From a bacterium (GTDB lineage: Bacteria > Hinthialibacterota > Hinthialibacteria > Hinthialibacterales > Hinthialibacteraceae): a stretch of 64,000 nt of DNA. Location: positions 32,001 through 96,000 of the forward strand of contig CAXXSM010000118.1 of the NCBI GenBank assembly GCA_963663405.2. Direction: 5' to 3'. The position numbers and the translations under genes were made by a program. The notes beneath the pieces are model-generated. The model made no database searches and was not told the origin of the DNA. It was given only the letters and a program-made list of their open reading frames with translations. Each line of letters starts with the position of its first letter. Position 1 is the first letter of the stretch. Positions 32,129 to 43,021 of this stretch are shown piece by piece.

Positions 32129-33445
32129 ATGTCTAAAAAAAGTGATCATAAAAACGAATTCAAATCTTCCCGCAGGAATTTCATAAAAACTTCAGCAGCC
32201 GCTCTTTCCACAGCGGTTGTCAGCGCGGCGGATCTTTCGCGGCGCGTATATGCGGCGGGCAGTGATGTGATTAAAATCGGTCTCATCGGCTGTGGTGGCC
32301 GTGGAAGCGGCGCGGCGTTGGACGCGATGCAGGTCAATGACGATGTCCGCTTAATTGCCATGACTGATGTTTTTGAAGACCGCCTGCAAGACAAACGCAA
32401 GATGTTGATGGAGGCTATGCCCAATCAAACCGCTGTTGACGCCGATCATTGTTTTGTGGGATTCGATGGATATAAGAAAGTGATTGAAAGCGATGTTGAC
32501 GCCGTCTTGATCGCCTGCGCGTCCCTGTTCCATCCGCGATACATGAAAGCCGCGATCGACGCCGGGAAGCACGTCTTTATCGAGAAACCACACGGCATTG
32601 ATCCACAAGGCGTCCGTATGGTCAAAGACGTTTGCGAATCGGCCAAGAAGAAAAATCTTTGTATTGTCTCCGGTCTTATGAACCGCTACATCCCCGCGGT
32701 TCAAGAAACCATGAAACGGATTCATGATGGCGCCATCGGCGATATCGTCGCTATTGAAGAGAACTTTCTCCGCGCGCCCTACGTCCTCGTTCCCCGAAAG
32801 CCTGGTGACAAGGAACTCGAATATCAATTCCGCAATTGGTATCATTTCTCCTGGCTTTCCGGCGATGATGTGACACAATCCCTCGTCCATAATTTGGATA
32901 AAGCGCTCTGGGCGATGGGCGAGAAACCTCCGGTCAAAGCCCACGGTCTCGCGGGACGCTCCGCTTCTTTTGGTGAGATTTATGGCGATGTCTTCGACCA
33001 CCATTCCGTTGTTTATGAATACGAAGACGGTGTCCGGATTTACGCGTTCTGTCGTACGCAGCACAACTGCCACGGCGGTGTGTCGGATATCATCATGGGA
33101 ACGAAGGGGAAATGCGATCTCCTGAAGAATAAGATCACTGGAGAAACAAACTGGCAGTACGATGGCGAATATGGCAGCGGATACAAAGTCGAGCACCAGG
33201 AATTATTCAACGCTATCCGATCCGGTAAAACATTGGTCAACGATTACATGGCCAACAGCACAATGATAGCGGTCATGGGACAAATGGCGTGCTATTCTGG
33301 AAAACAGCTCACATGGGAAGACGCCTGCCGTTCCAACTTCACGTTTGGTCCAACAGACGGTAACTTCGATTCCATTCCTCCCAAAACTCTCTGTTCTGAC
33401 GGAAATTACCCCATCGCCATCCCAGGAAAAACGAAAGTAATTTAA
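32129..33445 (+). CDS. Tat-signal Gfo/Idh/MocA oxidoreductase
   Basis: SRRNFI, LIGCGGRGSGA, HVFIEKP, WLSGD...VHNLD. Confidence 0.88.
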   Translation: MSKKSDHKNEFKSSRRNFIKTSAAALSTAVVSAADLSRRVYAAGSDVIKIGLIGCGGRGSGAALDAMQVNDDVRLIAMTDVFEDRLQDKRKMLMEAMPNQTAVDADHCFVGFDGYKKVIESDVDAVLIACASLFHPRYMKAAIDAGKHVFIEKPHGIDPQGVRMVKDVCESAKKKNLCIVSGLMNRYIPAVQETMKRIHDGAIGDIVAIEENFLRAPYVLVPRKPGDKELEYQFRNWYHFSWLSGDDVTQSLVHNLDKALWAMGEKPPVKAHGLAGRSASFGEIYGDVFDHHSVVYEYEDGVRIYAFCRTQHNCHGGVSDIIMGTKGKCDLLKNKITGETNWQYDGEYGSGYKVEHQELFNAIRSGKTLVNDYMANSTMIAVMGQMACYSGKQLTWEDACRSNFTFGPTDGNFDSIPPKTLCSDGNYPIAIPGKTKVI

Positions 33446-33523
33446 ACAATTCCCCACTCTTCATTCATAACAAACCGGCTAAAATGCTTGAATAATAACA
33501 CCCATTTTCAATGGAGGTGAATC

Positions 33524-34405
33524 ATGCCGAAACTTACACGGCGTCATTTTATCCAAACCAGCGCGGCGTTTGCCGGCGCGGCGGCCTTGCCCGGCTTCGC
33601 GGCGGATCAATCCAAACGAACCGCGACGGATTTAGTCCCTCTCGGCGATACAGGAATTAAGATATCCCGCCTCGGTATGGGAACCGGCAGCGTCAGTGGC
33701 AGCGTGCAAATGGCGCTATCCGATAAAGAATTCGAAAAACTAGCGCGTTACGCCTACGAGCGAGGCATTCGATTCTTCGACACCGCCGATTCCTATGGAC
33801 GCGGCAAAATGCAGACTCGGCTCGCCAAGGCTCTGAAAGGTATCGACCGGGATACCTATGTCGTTCAAACCAAGATGAATAAACGGAGAAATCCGTGGGA
33901 AGAAATTGAACGCTTCCGCAAGGAATGGGATACGGATTACTTCGACCTGTTTCTGCTTCATTACTGCACGTCCGCCGATTGGCCGGATGAGATAAAGAAA
34001 AACATGTACATCCTTTCGGAAGCCAAAGAAAAACAATTGATCCGCACGAAAGGCGCGTCGATTCACGGCTTGAAAAGCCTGCGGGCGATGACGGAATGCG
34101 ATTGGATGGACACAGCCCTGCTTCGCGTCAACCATGACGGTACCGCTATGGACAATGAAGAGAACGATAACAATGTCAAAGGCAATGTGAAAGAATGCGT
34201 GGGACATATCCACCAAATCGCGATGAAAGGAACCGGTGTCATTGGGATGAAAATCATTGGGGAAGGCAAATTTAAAGATCCCGCTCAACGGGAAGCGTCG
34301 ATCAAATATGTCATGGGCCTCGATTACGTTCATTCAATCGTCATCGGTTTTAAAAACACCCAGGAAATAGACGAAGCCATCAATTTAATGAATAAATATT
34401 TGTAG
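33524..34405 (+). CDS. Tat-signal aldo/keto reductase
   Basis: TRRHFI, LGMGTG, FDTADSY, QTK, LLHY catalytic tetrad pattern. Confidence 0.85.
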   Translation: MPKLTRRHFIQTSAAFAGAAALPGFAADQSKRTATDLVPLGDTGIKISRLGMGTGSVSGSVQMALSDKEFEKLARYAYERGIRFFDTADSYGRGKMQTRLAKALKGIDRDTYVVQTKMNKRRNPWEEIERFRKEWDTDYFDLFLLHYCTSADWPDEIKKNMYILSEAKEKQLIRTKGASIHGLKSLRAMTECDWMDTALLRVNHDGTAMDNEENDNNVKGNVKECVGHIHQIAMKGTGVIGMKIIGEGKFKDPAQREASIKYVMGLDYVHSIVIGFKNTQEIDEAINLMNKYL

Positions 34406-34439
34406 GGCGCTTCACGCTTTATTGACCCACCAAATTCTA

Positions 34440-35504
34440 CTACATCATCCACTCCAACTGTTTTTCATAACTGCGGGAAAGTTCGTATTGTTTAATATTC
34501 GATTTTAAATCGGCTCCTTCGATATCAATTTTAGCGAGATCCGCTTGTCCCATTCCCGCGTTGGCGCAGAAATTCAGATACCCGATCTTCGAAAAATCGA
34601 TTCCCATCAGTTCCACTGAAACACGATCCGCCGCAAGCCAATCCAAACTGGCCACCGCGACGCGGTGATCGACTGGAGATCCACCGACAGGGCCGTTTCC
34701 TTCCATCCCCTCGAATCCATCGATGATCGCGAGATCCGGATGCAACCGTGGAGCCAAAGCGAACAAGTTATAGTTTATGCCGCGGTACCCATTGCCATGC
34801 GTGATCGGTTTATCGTTTTTCGCGCCAGCCTTCCCGTCGCGTCCCCATCGAAAGCCATCATCTTTGATCGGCGCGCCGACAACGATGTTCTTAAGTGACA
34901 ACGTCGCGACCACGCGGTCATGAGTTTTCATCACGGCGGAGGAAATGACAAAGTTATTGCGATCGAGAAGCAGACTCGACATGCGGCAGGCGTGAGGGTG
35001 AATCTTTTGTTCATCCACACAGTAAACCAACTCATAATCTTCTTTATCTAAATCGACCAGTTTCGTTTTATATTTCTCCGCGAGAGGAATGTAGCCATAA
35101 TTCTCAAATCCTTCAAACGACGGACCGCTGGCCGCCGATTCAGCGATTATGACATTATCAATCCCAATCGATTGGAGAAACTCCAAAATTCCTTCCAGAC
35201 ATCCCGCATGGCTGGCGCTTAATTGCGTTGTTGTCGATACATTGTTCGGCTTGATAATTACCCGCTTCGAACCGATCGCCATCTTGATCTCTTTCTCGAA
35301 GCGTTTCAAACAAGAGAAGATATTTTCTGTGCGATCGTCTCCCGCGGAAAGAGAGACGCGGCTCCTCTTCGAATCTCCAGCGCTGAAAGCGTGAAAGGAC
35401 GTCCCGATCGAAGATAGAGCGGCGGTTCCACCCACCAGCGCAGTCCGTAAAAAGTTACGCCGGGATTGAGTTGTAAGATTCTTCATACTGATTCCCCTTT
35501 TCAT
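34440..35504 (-). CDS. Tat-signal DUF362 family protein
   Basis: SRRNFL, IKPN, KTH...TLSLKN, IIDG..GMEGNGP..G, AAD. Confidence 0.82.
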   Translation of the reverse strand: MKRGISMKNLTTQSRRNFLRTALVGGTAALSSIGTSFHAFSAGDSKRSRVSLSAGDDRTENIFSCLKRFEKEIKMAIGSKRVIIKPNNVSTTTQLSASHAGCLEGILEFLQSIGIDNVIIAESAASGPSFEGFENYGYIPLAEKYKTKLVDLDKEDYELVYCVDEQKIHPHACRMSSLLLDRNNFVISSAVMKTHDRVVATLSLKNIVVGAPIKDDGFRWGRDGKAGAKNDKPITHGNGYRGINYNLFALAPRLHPDLAIIDGFEGMEGNGPVGGSPVDHRVAVASLDWLAADRVSVELMGIDFSKIGYLNFCANAGMGQADLAKIDIEGADLKSNIKQYELSRSYEKQLEWMM

Positions 35505-36051
35505 TTGCGAAAAATCATGATGTCCATTAAAAGAATCATAGCCTTAATTCAATTCAAAGACTATTGATACGGAAAAAAGAAAATATTAACAGTTTTACAC
35601 GAATATAGTGTGTTTCACGTTTAACCGACCTATTGGGAAAAAAATGAAGCGTTGCGTAATCAAGACCAGACTAACCATTGATAGCTTTTTCGAACACCGC
35701 TAGTAAGGTAACGATTATTTACTTTGATGCACAAAATAATTACAATATCAGAGAATTCACTTTAAATGTTTTCAGATAATTCACCGATAACATTTAATAT
35801 ATTTCATTCTACTATTTAAATATGCAATATTTCATTTCAAAAAAGTTTAATGATCCGTTGTAAAAAACCGTTGAGCGAGACAATCTCAAATATGGCAACT
35901 TATCTTTACATAAAATAGATAATTGTTGACAGGATTCTACTAAAACGTTAAATCAAGTGATTAGCATTAACAGCTGTGAGATTCAATAAGGAAAAACAGC
36001 AATATTACTATGGAGCCACAGCGACCGAATTAATAATAAGGAGGAGATCAA

Positions 36052-37596
36052 TTGAAGACAGAGAGAATTGGGATACCAATGATTTTCATTTTGTTGCTTA
36101 CAGTTTCAGCGATGTCCCTGTTTGCGGCGGAAATATCTGTCCGATTTGATCGACCTCTACAGGAGTGGGATGGCTTTGGTGTCAACTACGTTGAGACATC
36201 CCAAACACGAGACTACAACGAATGGCCGCAGGATTATGGTGGAATGAGCACGCTTTCCGAAGAGCAACGGCAGGAGATTATCCAATTGATCTTCGGAGAG
36301 GATGGTCTGAAACCTGGAATCGCTAAGATGTTCATTGATTCATTCCACGAAGGCCAAACCGTTGATGATAACGATAATGATGATCCAATGTCCATTAATT
36401 TGGACGGCTATACACACGCGCGCACGACAAAAAATATGCGGTATTTCGTCCGTGAAGGGCTAAAACTCACTCGCGCGTCAGGCCGGGATTTGACGATCAT
36501 AAACACCTTGTATGGTCCCGCTCCTTGGATGACAAAACAACGGATGATCCGTGGCCGCGATCTCGTTCCGCAATTGAAACTTGAAGTGGGTGAATACATC
36601 GCTGCTTTTGCCAAATACATGCGGGACCGAGAAGGATTTCCAGTTAAATATGTCAGTCTGCACAATGAAGGCGCCCATCCGATCCGTTACAACCGGGACG
36701 GCCGGGATTCAAATGAATTACACAAACATGATTACAATTTGTTTTGGACGCCGGAGCAGATCGTAGATTTCATCTGCTTCCTCCGTGATATTCTCGACGC
36801 CAATGGAATGGAAGACGTTGGGATCACTCCAGGAGAATGCACGAACTGGATGTGGATGCGCCCCATCGCCGACGCGATCGCCGCCAATGATTGCGCGCTC
36901 AATAATCTTGGCTTAATCACCAGTCATGGATTCCAAGGCAACGCCGATCCACAATCGGACTGGTACGCGGTCAACGCGCAGGATGTCTATTCGATTCAGT
37001 TGCTTCAATCCCTCCGGCCTGACTTACACGCGTGGACCACATCCGCGTCTTGGGGAAAGATGGACGTCAACTTTTTTGAATTGATCCGCGCTCATATTTA
37101 CGAGAATCGTCATAATGGCTTTATCCCTTGGGCGGCGGTACAACGGCATAACCAATGGGTGGGCGGCGATCCCAATCCTGGATGCGCGATCAAAGTGGAT
37201 GACAACGGTGGAAAATACACCGTGCGGCCTGGTTACTATCTTTACAAACAACTCTGCCGCGCCGGTCAACCGAGAATGCGTATCGCCTCGGTTACATGCG
37301 ACGATCCATACATGGGAGTGATTGGTTTCGCAAAAAACAACACAAACAATCCTGACGCAATTTCGATCTGTAACCGGTGCTGGCACACGATCAAGGCAAA
37401 AATCCGGATCTCTGGAACACAGTCAAAGTCATTTAAAACATATCGTACGATCGTCGACACATTCCCCAAACGGTTTTGGACGGAAAAGAAGCCTGAATTA
37501 GAGAATTACAAACAGCTATCAAATGCCACTGCCATTGATGGATTACTTGTTTATGAAGCGCCACCATTATCGGTAACAACATTCTTCGGAATATAG
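36052..37596 (+). CDS. secreted GH30-like (clan GH-A) glycoside hydrolase homolog
   Basis: Signal peptide, QEWDGFG, PAPWM, SLHNEG acid/base motif, C-terminal beta domain ending PPLSVTTF. Confidence 0.6.
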   Translation: MKTERIGIPMIFILLLTVSAMSLFAAEISVRFDRPLQEWDGFGVNYVETSQTRDYNEWPQDYGGMSTLSEEQRQEIIQLIFGEDGLKPGIAKMFIDSFHEGQTVDDNDNDDPMSINLDGYTHARTTKNMRYFVREGLKLTRASGRDLTIINTLYGPAPWMTKQRMIRGRDLVPQLKLEVGEYIAAFAKYMRDREGFPVKYVSLHNEGAHPIRYNRDGRDSNELHKHDYNLFWTPEQIVDFICFLRDILDANGMEDVGITPGECTNWMWMRPIADAIAANDCALNNLGLITSHGFQGNADPQSDWYAVNAQDVYSIQLLQSLRPDLHAWTTSASWGKMDVNFFELIRAHIYENRHNGFIPWAAVQRHNQWVGGDPNPGCAIKVDDNGGKYTVRPGYYLYKQLCRAGQPRMRIASVTCDDPYMGVIGFAKNNTNNPDAISICNRCWHTIKAKIRISGTQSKSFKTYRTIVDTFPKRFWTEKKPELENYKQLSNATAIDGLLVYEAPPLSVTTFFGI

Positions 37597-37713
37597 GAGA
37601 ATGACACGCTTGACCTGAAATAAGCGAGCGCAATCACATTTGATTGTAGACGAACCAGTGGGGAGATACTGGTAAGAGGTCAAACCACCGATGGTACAAT
37701 TGGCGCAATCTCA

Positions 37714-38135
37714 GGGATGGAGGACACCGCCGCGCAGGTCATTGAATAAAGCATCAGTGAATCAACAGCACGACCGGCGCACTTGATGGTGTCCTCCCCC
37801 CTAAAATATTTCGATTGGAATTTTATATGAAAATGAGTCTCCGAGACATTCTCATTCGCAATTTCCATCGCAACTCATTTTCATTTGTACGTTGTGAACT
37901 CAATCATGATGGTTTATATGAAAATGGGTCTCCATGATTAACTCGTTTGAGATTTCTATAGCGACTCATTTTCATTTGCGGATTGTAATCTCGAATTTGA
38001 TGATTCATGTGATTTGTTCTTAATTCCGGGACGGAGGACACCGCCATACAGGTCATTGAATTTAGCAGCTTTGTGACCGGCAGCGCGGCCTGAATGTCTA
38101 ATGGTGTCCTCCACCCCAAATTTTTCGTTCCGGAA
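37714..38135. repeat. A-B-B-A array of two kinds of palindromic elements
   Basis: A units GGAGGACACC...GGTGTCCTCC at 37719-37797 and 38033-38112; B units ATGAAAATG(A/G)GT...ACTCATTTTCAT at 37827-37884 and 37918-37975. Confidence 0.8.
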
Positions 38136-38338
38136 TGCGCCTTAACGGAATGAAAACAACAGACGTATTATACTAAGCTTTATACAAATAATGAGAAAAT
38201 GCGCAGCCCTATTCTATTGATACCCGTCTACTCCACTCTTCCCGGATTTAATTAATCTCCTAAAACACTCCAATCTATCTCCACTTGCGAGAAAAAACGA
38301 ATACAATATTAGAAATGATCGAATCAACCAATTATTGA

Positions 38339-41300
38339 TTGCAAAACTTTATGCCATACAAACAGATTTCCATCATATGTCTGATCGTCACATCGTTAAT
38401 GTGGCGTAATGTTAATGCTCTCGAGATTCCACATTGGCGATTCTGGACTCCAGAAGACGGCCTGACGGAATCGTGGACGGCGTCCATTACCCACTCCCCA
38501 TCGGATACGATTCTTGCGTCGCACGGTCAAGTGAAAACAATGAGCCGCTTAAATGGTTGGGGGGATGAGAATAATATTTTTGTTACACAAATTCCAAATC
38601 CAGCCCAAGGAGCGAAAGTCTACGAAACCGAATCAGGACAACTCTGGTCTATCATTCCCGGCGCGTTGCTGAACTTTGATCAATTGAGTGGCCAATGGAT
38701 TCGTATCGAAGTACCTGAAATCGGTATGGATTGGCCTTGGTTCCCAGAATCTGGTGAACCCAGATTATGTGACCGCTTTTACCCCATCGGCGATGATTCC
38801 ATTCTGATCCTGCTGCCTGAACAATTAATCCAGTTTCAACCATCCACGCGAACATCCATCACACTGCAAGCCGCCAGCGAATCAAGAATCGGCGCCTACA
38901 ATCGAATCTTCCCCTCTTGTAAAGGTGGTTTATGGATTACCGGAACGTATGGAGCGGCGAAACTCCATGTTAAGGATTCCACTCAATGGTCAGATTTTCC
39001 TCTCCCGGTCGGTATGGAACAACTACAACATCCTGTAGAAGGACAAAAGGCGGATCTCTACGCGGTAGCGTTTTCGATTTACGACCAACAGCGCGTATTA
39101 GTTCATCTGAGTGATTCTGAATGGAGGATCCGCTACAGTGAGGATGAACACTTGTTTCGTGGGTGGGCCGGAATGGATGGGAATGTATGGATCGAGTTAC
39201 GTGAAGATGATCAGTCCACTCTCATGCAAACCGATTATGGTCAGATGCAAGTTGAAGAAAAAAACGCCGTATTGGCGGGGATTTTGTTTGATGTGCTCCC
39301 CATTGAGGGAGGCGCGTTTTGGATTTCGACATCCGCCGGTTTAGCGCGTTATTCTCCCCCTTTGTGGAGAACGCCTCCAGCGATTCAACATATTCGCCCA
39401 AGAATTTACGCCATCAAGGAAGACCAAAAAGGACGTGTCTGGTTTTTGGGTCAAAACGTTTTGATTCTTTTTCATGAGGATAAATGGAAAACATTTGCCT
39501 TGCCGGAACGATATCGCACCTCCGTCAGTTACACGCAGGGATTGGCGCCGCTGCCGGATGGACGGATCGTTATCGCCCTTCCTTATTCGAAACGGATATT
39601 GGTCTTTCATCCGGAAACAGAAAAATTTGAAACAATCGAAAATTCTTCTGGCCGTGAAATTTGCCATCTATGCCCGCGTCAAGACGGGACTATCTGGCTT
39701 AGCGCCACCCAACAAGATGATACGAATGTTATCTATCGTCTGAATTATAGGGATACTTTTTTTCTCGAATTATATGACGGTCAAATATTCAAGACGGTTT
39801 TCTCCCAATCCTGGCAATCTCTCGGAACGATCCGCTATCTGCTTGAATGTTCCAATGGGGAATTATGGTTCGGGGGCACCGGACATCCTGGCCTCGCCCG
39901 TTATAACAAAGATCGCACATTTCAAATTATAGGACACAATGAAGCCTATGAAGGAAGCGGCGCGTTTTGCCTGCACGAACTCCCAAACGGGCATATCCTA
40001 ATTGGTGGGCGGAATCGGTTATTCGAATACAATGGAGAGTCATTCATATGCCTCCGCTCCGGTCTAGACCGGGTGAATTCAATTATAACGGATAACAATG
40101 GCGCGATTTGGGTAGCGTCAGGAACGGGACTTCATCGACTTGAAAATCAATCGTGGGTCACGTATACCGCTGATGACGGATTGCCGGTTTCGTTTATCTA
40201 TAATGTGTATCAGGATTCGAAAAATAATATCTGGGCCGGAACAGCGAATGGACTGAGCCTCTTCCATCCCGGCTCTGATCTAGATCCACCCCAGACATTT
40301 ATTCGAGATAAAGAAAATTTAATGGAAACCCCTCCGGGTGGGAATGTCCGGATCGTCTTTTCTGGGATGGACAAATGGAAGCAAACTCACCAAAGCCGTT
40401 TGCTATATTCAAGCCGGCTTGATGGGAAAGAATGGGCGCCGTTTCGGCCTAGGCAGGTCGCTGTTTTCAATGGATTGCCCTCTGGTTCCCACACATTTGA
40501 AGTCAAGGCGATGGATTTAAACTTAAATATTGATCCCTCTCCCGCCATGATCTCTTTCACGGTCTTACAGCATTGGTATCAAGTTCCCTTTTTTCTGATT
40601 TTGGCGTCTAGCGGGACGATTTTAATCCTGGTACTAATCGGTCTAGTGGCGCAGCGTCACATCCTGCTGGAGAGACGGGTAAAAGAACGAACCTCGGATC
40701 TTTCGAAAGCAAACCGGCAATTAACATTCGAACTGAGCGAACGCAAACGGCTTGAGAAAGAGATCCTGGAAATACGCGACCGGGAACAGCAACGCATTGG
40801 GCAGGATCTCCATGATGGTTTAATCCAGCACCTCACTGGAATCGAATATATCTCCAAATGGCTCGAGAAGCAGATGAAAACAGTTGCGCGGCCGGAGATG
40901 GAATATGCGGGGGAAATCTCACGCGAAATCCATAACGCCATTCAAGAAACCGAAGAGATCGCCAAAGGCTTGAATCCGGTTGTTTTGGAAACGGACGGTT
41001 TAGTGGAAGCCTTGCACGAGTTATCAGTACGGACCAAGCGTTTCTTTGATATTGATTGCCGTTTTACCGGGAAAGCGCCGGAGAACCTGGTAACCAATCA
41101 AACCACTACGTTTCATTTATACCGGATCGCACAGGAATGTATCAACAACGCGGTCAAACATGGACACGCCAATTGGATTGAGATGACTTTAGAATCCGTT
41201 GAAGATAAATTAACCTTGACGGTAACGGACAATGGTGAAGGATTTCCACCGGAATCGAAACAACGGCGGGGGACGGGATTACGTATAATGAGGTACCGGG

Positions 41301-41404
41301 CCGGTTTGATCGGGGCGGATTTAAGAATCTTGAATCGCCAAGAAGGCGGCGTTCAGATCGAGTGCGCTCTTCACCGGGAGATAATTCGAACGGAAAAGCA
41401 ATGA
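38339..41404 (+). CDS. membrane sensor histidine kinase (beta-propeller + Y_Y_Y periplasmic region, HisKA_3/HATPase)
   Basis: DGLP/W-GT-xGL propeller repeats, GSHTFEVKA, TM, RIGQDLHDG H-box, NNAVKHG, DNGEGF, GTGL. Confidence 0.9.
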   Translation: MQNFMPYKQISIICLIVTSLMWRNVNALEIPHWRFWTPEDGLTESWTASITHSPSDTILASHGQVKTMSRLNGWGDENNIFVTQIPNPAQGAKVYETESGQLWSIIPGALLNFDQLSGQWIRIEVPEIGMDWPWFPESGEPRLCDRFYPIGDDSILILLPEQLIQFQPSTRTSITLQAASESRIGAYNRIFPSCKGGLWITGTYGAAKLHVKDSTQWSDFPLPVGMEQLQHPVEGQKADLYAVAFSIYDQQRVLVHLSDSEWRIRYSEDEHLFRGWAGMDGNVWIELREDDQSTLMQTDYGQMQVEEKNAVLAGILFDVLPIEGGAFWISTSAGLARYSPPLWRTPPAIQHIRPRIYAIKEDQKGRVWFLGQNVLILFHEDKWKTFALPERYRTSVSYTQGLAPLPDGRIVIALPYSKRILVFHPETEKFETIENSSGREICHLCPRQDGTIWLSATQQDDTNVIYRLNYRDTFFLELYDGQIFKTVFSQSWQSLGTIRYLLECSNGELWFGGTGHPGLARYNKDRTFQIIGHNEAYEGSGAFCLHELPNGHILIGGRNRLFEYNGESFICLRSGLDRVNSIITDNNGAIWVASGTGLHRLENQSWVTYTADDGLPVSFIYNVYQDSKNNIWAGTANGLSLFHPGSDLDPPQTFIRDKENLMETPPGGNVRIVFSGMDKWKQTHQSRLLYSSRLDGKEWAPFRPRQVAVFNGLPSGSHTFEVKAMDLNLNIDPSPAMISFTVLQHWYQVPFFLILASSGTILILVLIGLVAQRHILLERRVKERTSDLSKANRQLTFELSERKRLEKEILEIRDREQQRIGQDLHDGLIQHLTGIEYISKWLEKQMKTVARPEMEYAGEISREIHNAIQETEEIAKGLNPVVLETDGLVEALHELSVRTKRFFDIDCRFTGKAPENLVTNQTTTFHLYRIAQECINNAVKHGHANWIEMTLESVEDKLTLTVTDNGEGFPPESKQRRGTGLRIMRYRAGLIGADLRILNRQEGGVQIECALHREIIRTEKQ

Positions 41405-42069
41405 ACACTCTCCGGAAAAAATCCATACGAGTGCTGATTATCGACGATCATCCCATACTGCGGCGTGGTTTGTCGTTGGTCATCAATCAGGAAGAGGATA
41501 TGACCGTTTGTGGGGAAGCGGAGAATGCGCAATCAGCGATCCGCGCGATCGAGTCCAGGGATCCCGATATCGCATTAGTCGATATCTCCCTTAAAGGGAT
41601 CAATGGAATCGAACTGATCAAGATGATCCGGAATCAATCGACTTTACCATTGCTGGTTTTGTCGCGGCATTCCGAAACGATTTACGCCGAACGAGCGATC
41701 CGCGCGGGGGCCAACGGGTATATTATGAAGCAGGAACCTACGGAACGGGTCATTGACGCAATTCGGAAAGTTATGCGGGGTGAGCGCTATTTAAGCGAAC
41801 CGATCGCTAAGTATATTCTTGATAAACGGTTCGATCTCTCTCAAAAAGAACCTATTTCGTTAGTGGAAATATTTAGCGATCGTGAGTTGCAAGTTTTTCA
41901 ACTAATCGGACAAGGTCTGCAACCTCGCCAAATCGCCAACGAACTCAATCTGAGCGTCAAAACGATTGAAACGTATCGCTCGAATATCAAACAGAAACTC
42001 AACCTTCAAAGCGCCGCCGATTTGATCCAATATGCGATCGAGTGGCAACGGACGGAAAACACGGAATAA
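41401..42069 (+). CDS. NarL/FixJ-family response regulator
   Basis: IDDHP, LVDIS, GYIMK receiver motifs; LuxR HTH SDRELQV...LSVKTIETYR; ATGA-coupled to the kinase. Confidence 0.92.
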   Translation: MNTLRKKSIRVLIIDDHPILRRGLSLVINQEEDMTVCGEAENAQSAIRAIESRDPDIALVDISLKGINGIELIKMIRNQSTLPLLVLSRHSETIYAERAIRAGANGYIMKQEPTERVIDAIRKVMRGERYLSEPIAKYILDKRFDLSQKEPISLVEIFSDRELQVFQLIGQGLQPRQIANELNLSVKTIETYRSNIKQKLNLQSAADLIQYAIEWQRTENTE

Positions 42070-43021
42070 TCCCCCCTTCCAACGGAAGATGCAACGATAC
42101 GATCACTTCCCATCTACATGCTTCCCAAAATTATAATAGATACTAAAATAGTAAAGAATTAGATGTTAACAATCTTTTTTATTTTGGAATATTTGTATGT
42201 CAAAGGGGATATTTATGACCAAAAAAATCACAATCGATCCGATCACCCGCATTGAAGGTCATTTATCGATTTCAGTCGACCTCAAAGAACAACAAGTTGA
42301 ACATGCGTATTGTGTGGGAGAAATGTTTCGTGGATTTGAAGTCCTATTAAAAGGACGCGATCCCCTGGATGCGCAGCAAATCACACAGCGGATATGCGGA
42401 ATCTGCCCCGTCTCTCATGGGATAGCGTCAATCGCCGCCCAAGAAGAAGCGTACAATGTTTCCGCGCCGGAGAACGGACGGATTGTAAGAAACCTGATCC
42501 TCGGCGCCAATTACTTGCAATCGCATATCACTCATTTTTATCATCTATCCGCGATTGATTTTATCGATATAACCACCATTCTTCACTATCAAGGAAAAGA
42601 TCACAAACTAACATCGTTAAAAGATTGGGTTCAAAATCAAATCCAGTCAAAAATGATATACCCAGCAACCCCTTTCTTACCGCGGTATGACGTTCACTAT
42701 CTTGATAACAACGATCTCAATTTAACAGCCATTAAGCATTACATCGACGCGTTGGAAATCCGACAGATCGCTCATCAAGCCGCCGCCGTCTTTTGTGGAA
42801 AAATGCCTCACGCCACCGCCTTGGTTCCCGGTGGCGTCACGGAACAAATCACAGCGTCTAAAATCGCGGAATACCGGTCGAAACTAAAACGTATTCTCGC
42901 ATTCATCGACCAGTGTTATCTACCCGATGTCACCGCTGTCGCGTCTTTGTTCCCGGATTATTTCACTCATGGCAAAGGAAATAATCATTTTTTAGCCTAT
43001 GGTGTATTTCATGAGCCCTTA

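Noticed and set aside
30973-33196. Long antisense ORFs (358 aa and 281 aa) opposite the Gfo genes
   Set aside because: Shadow frames of well-supported genes, with no recognisable motifs.
35926-35954. sigma70 promoter for the GH30-like gene
   Set aside because: TTGACA is present but the -10 match is weak, in an AT-rich region where chance matches are likely.
37714-38135. Possible CRISPR array
   Set aside because: Only two copies of each unit, 58-80 bp long with partly conserved interiors, and no cas genes.
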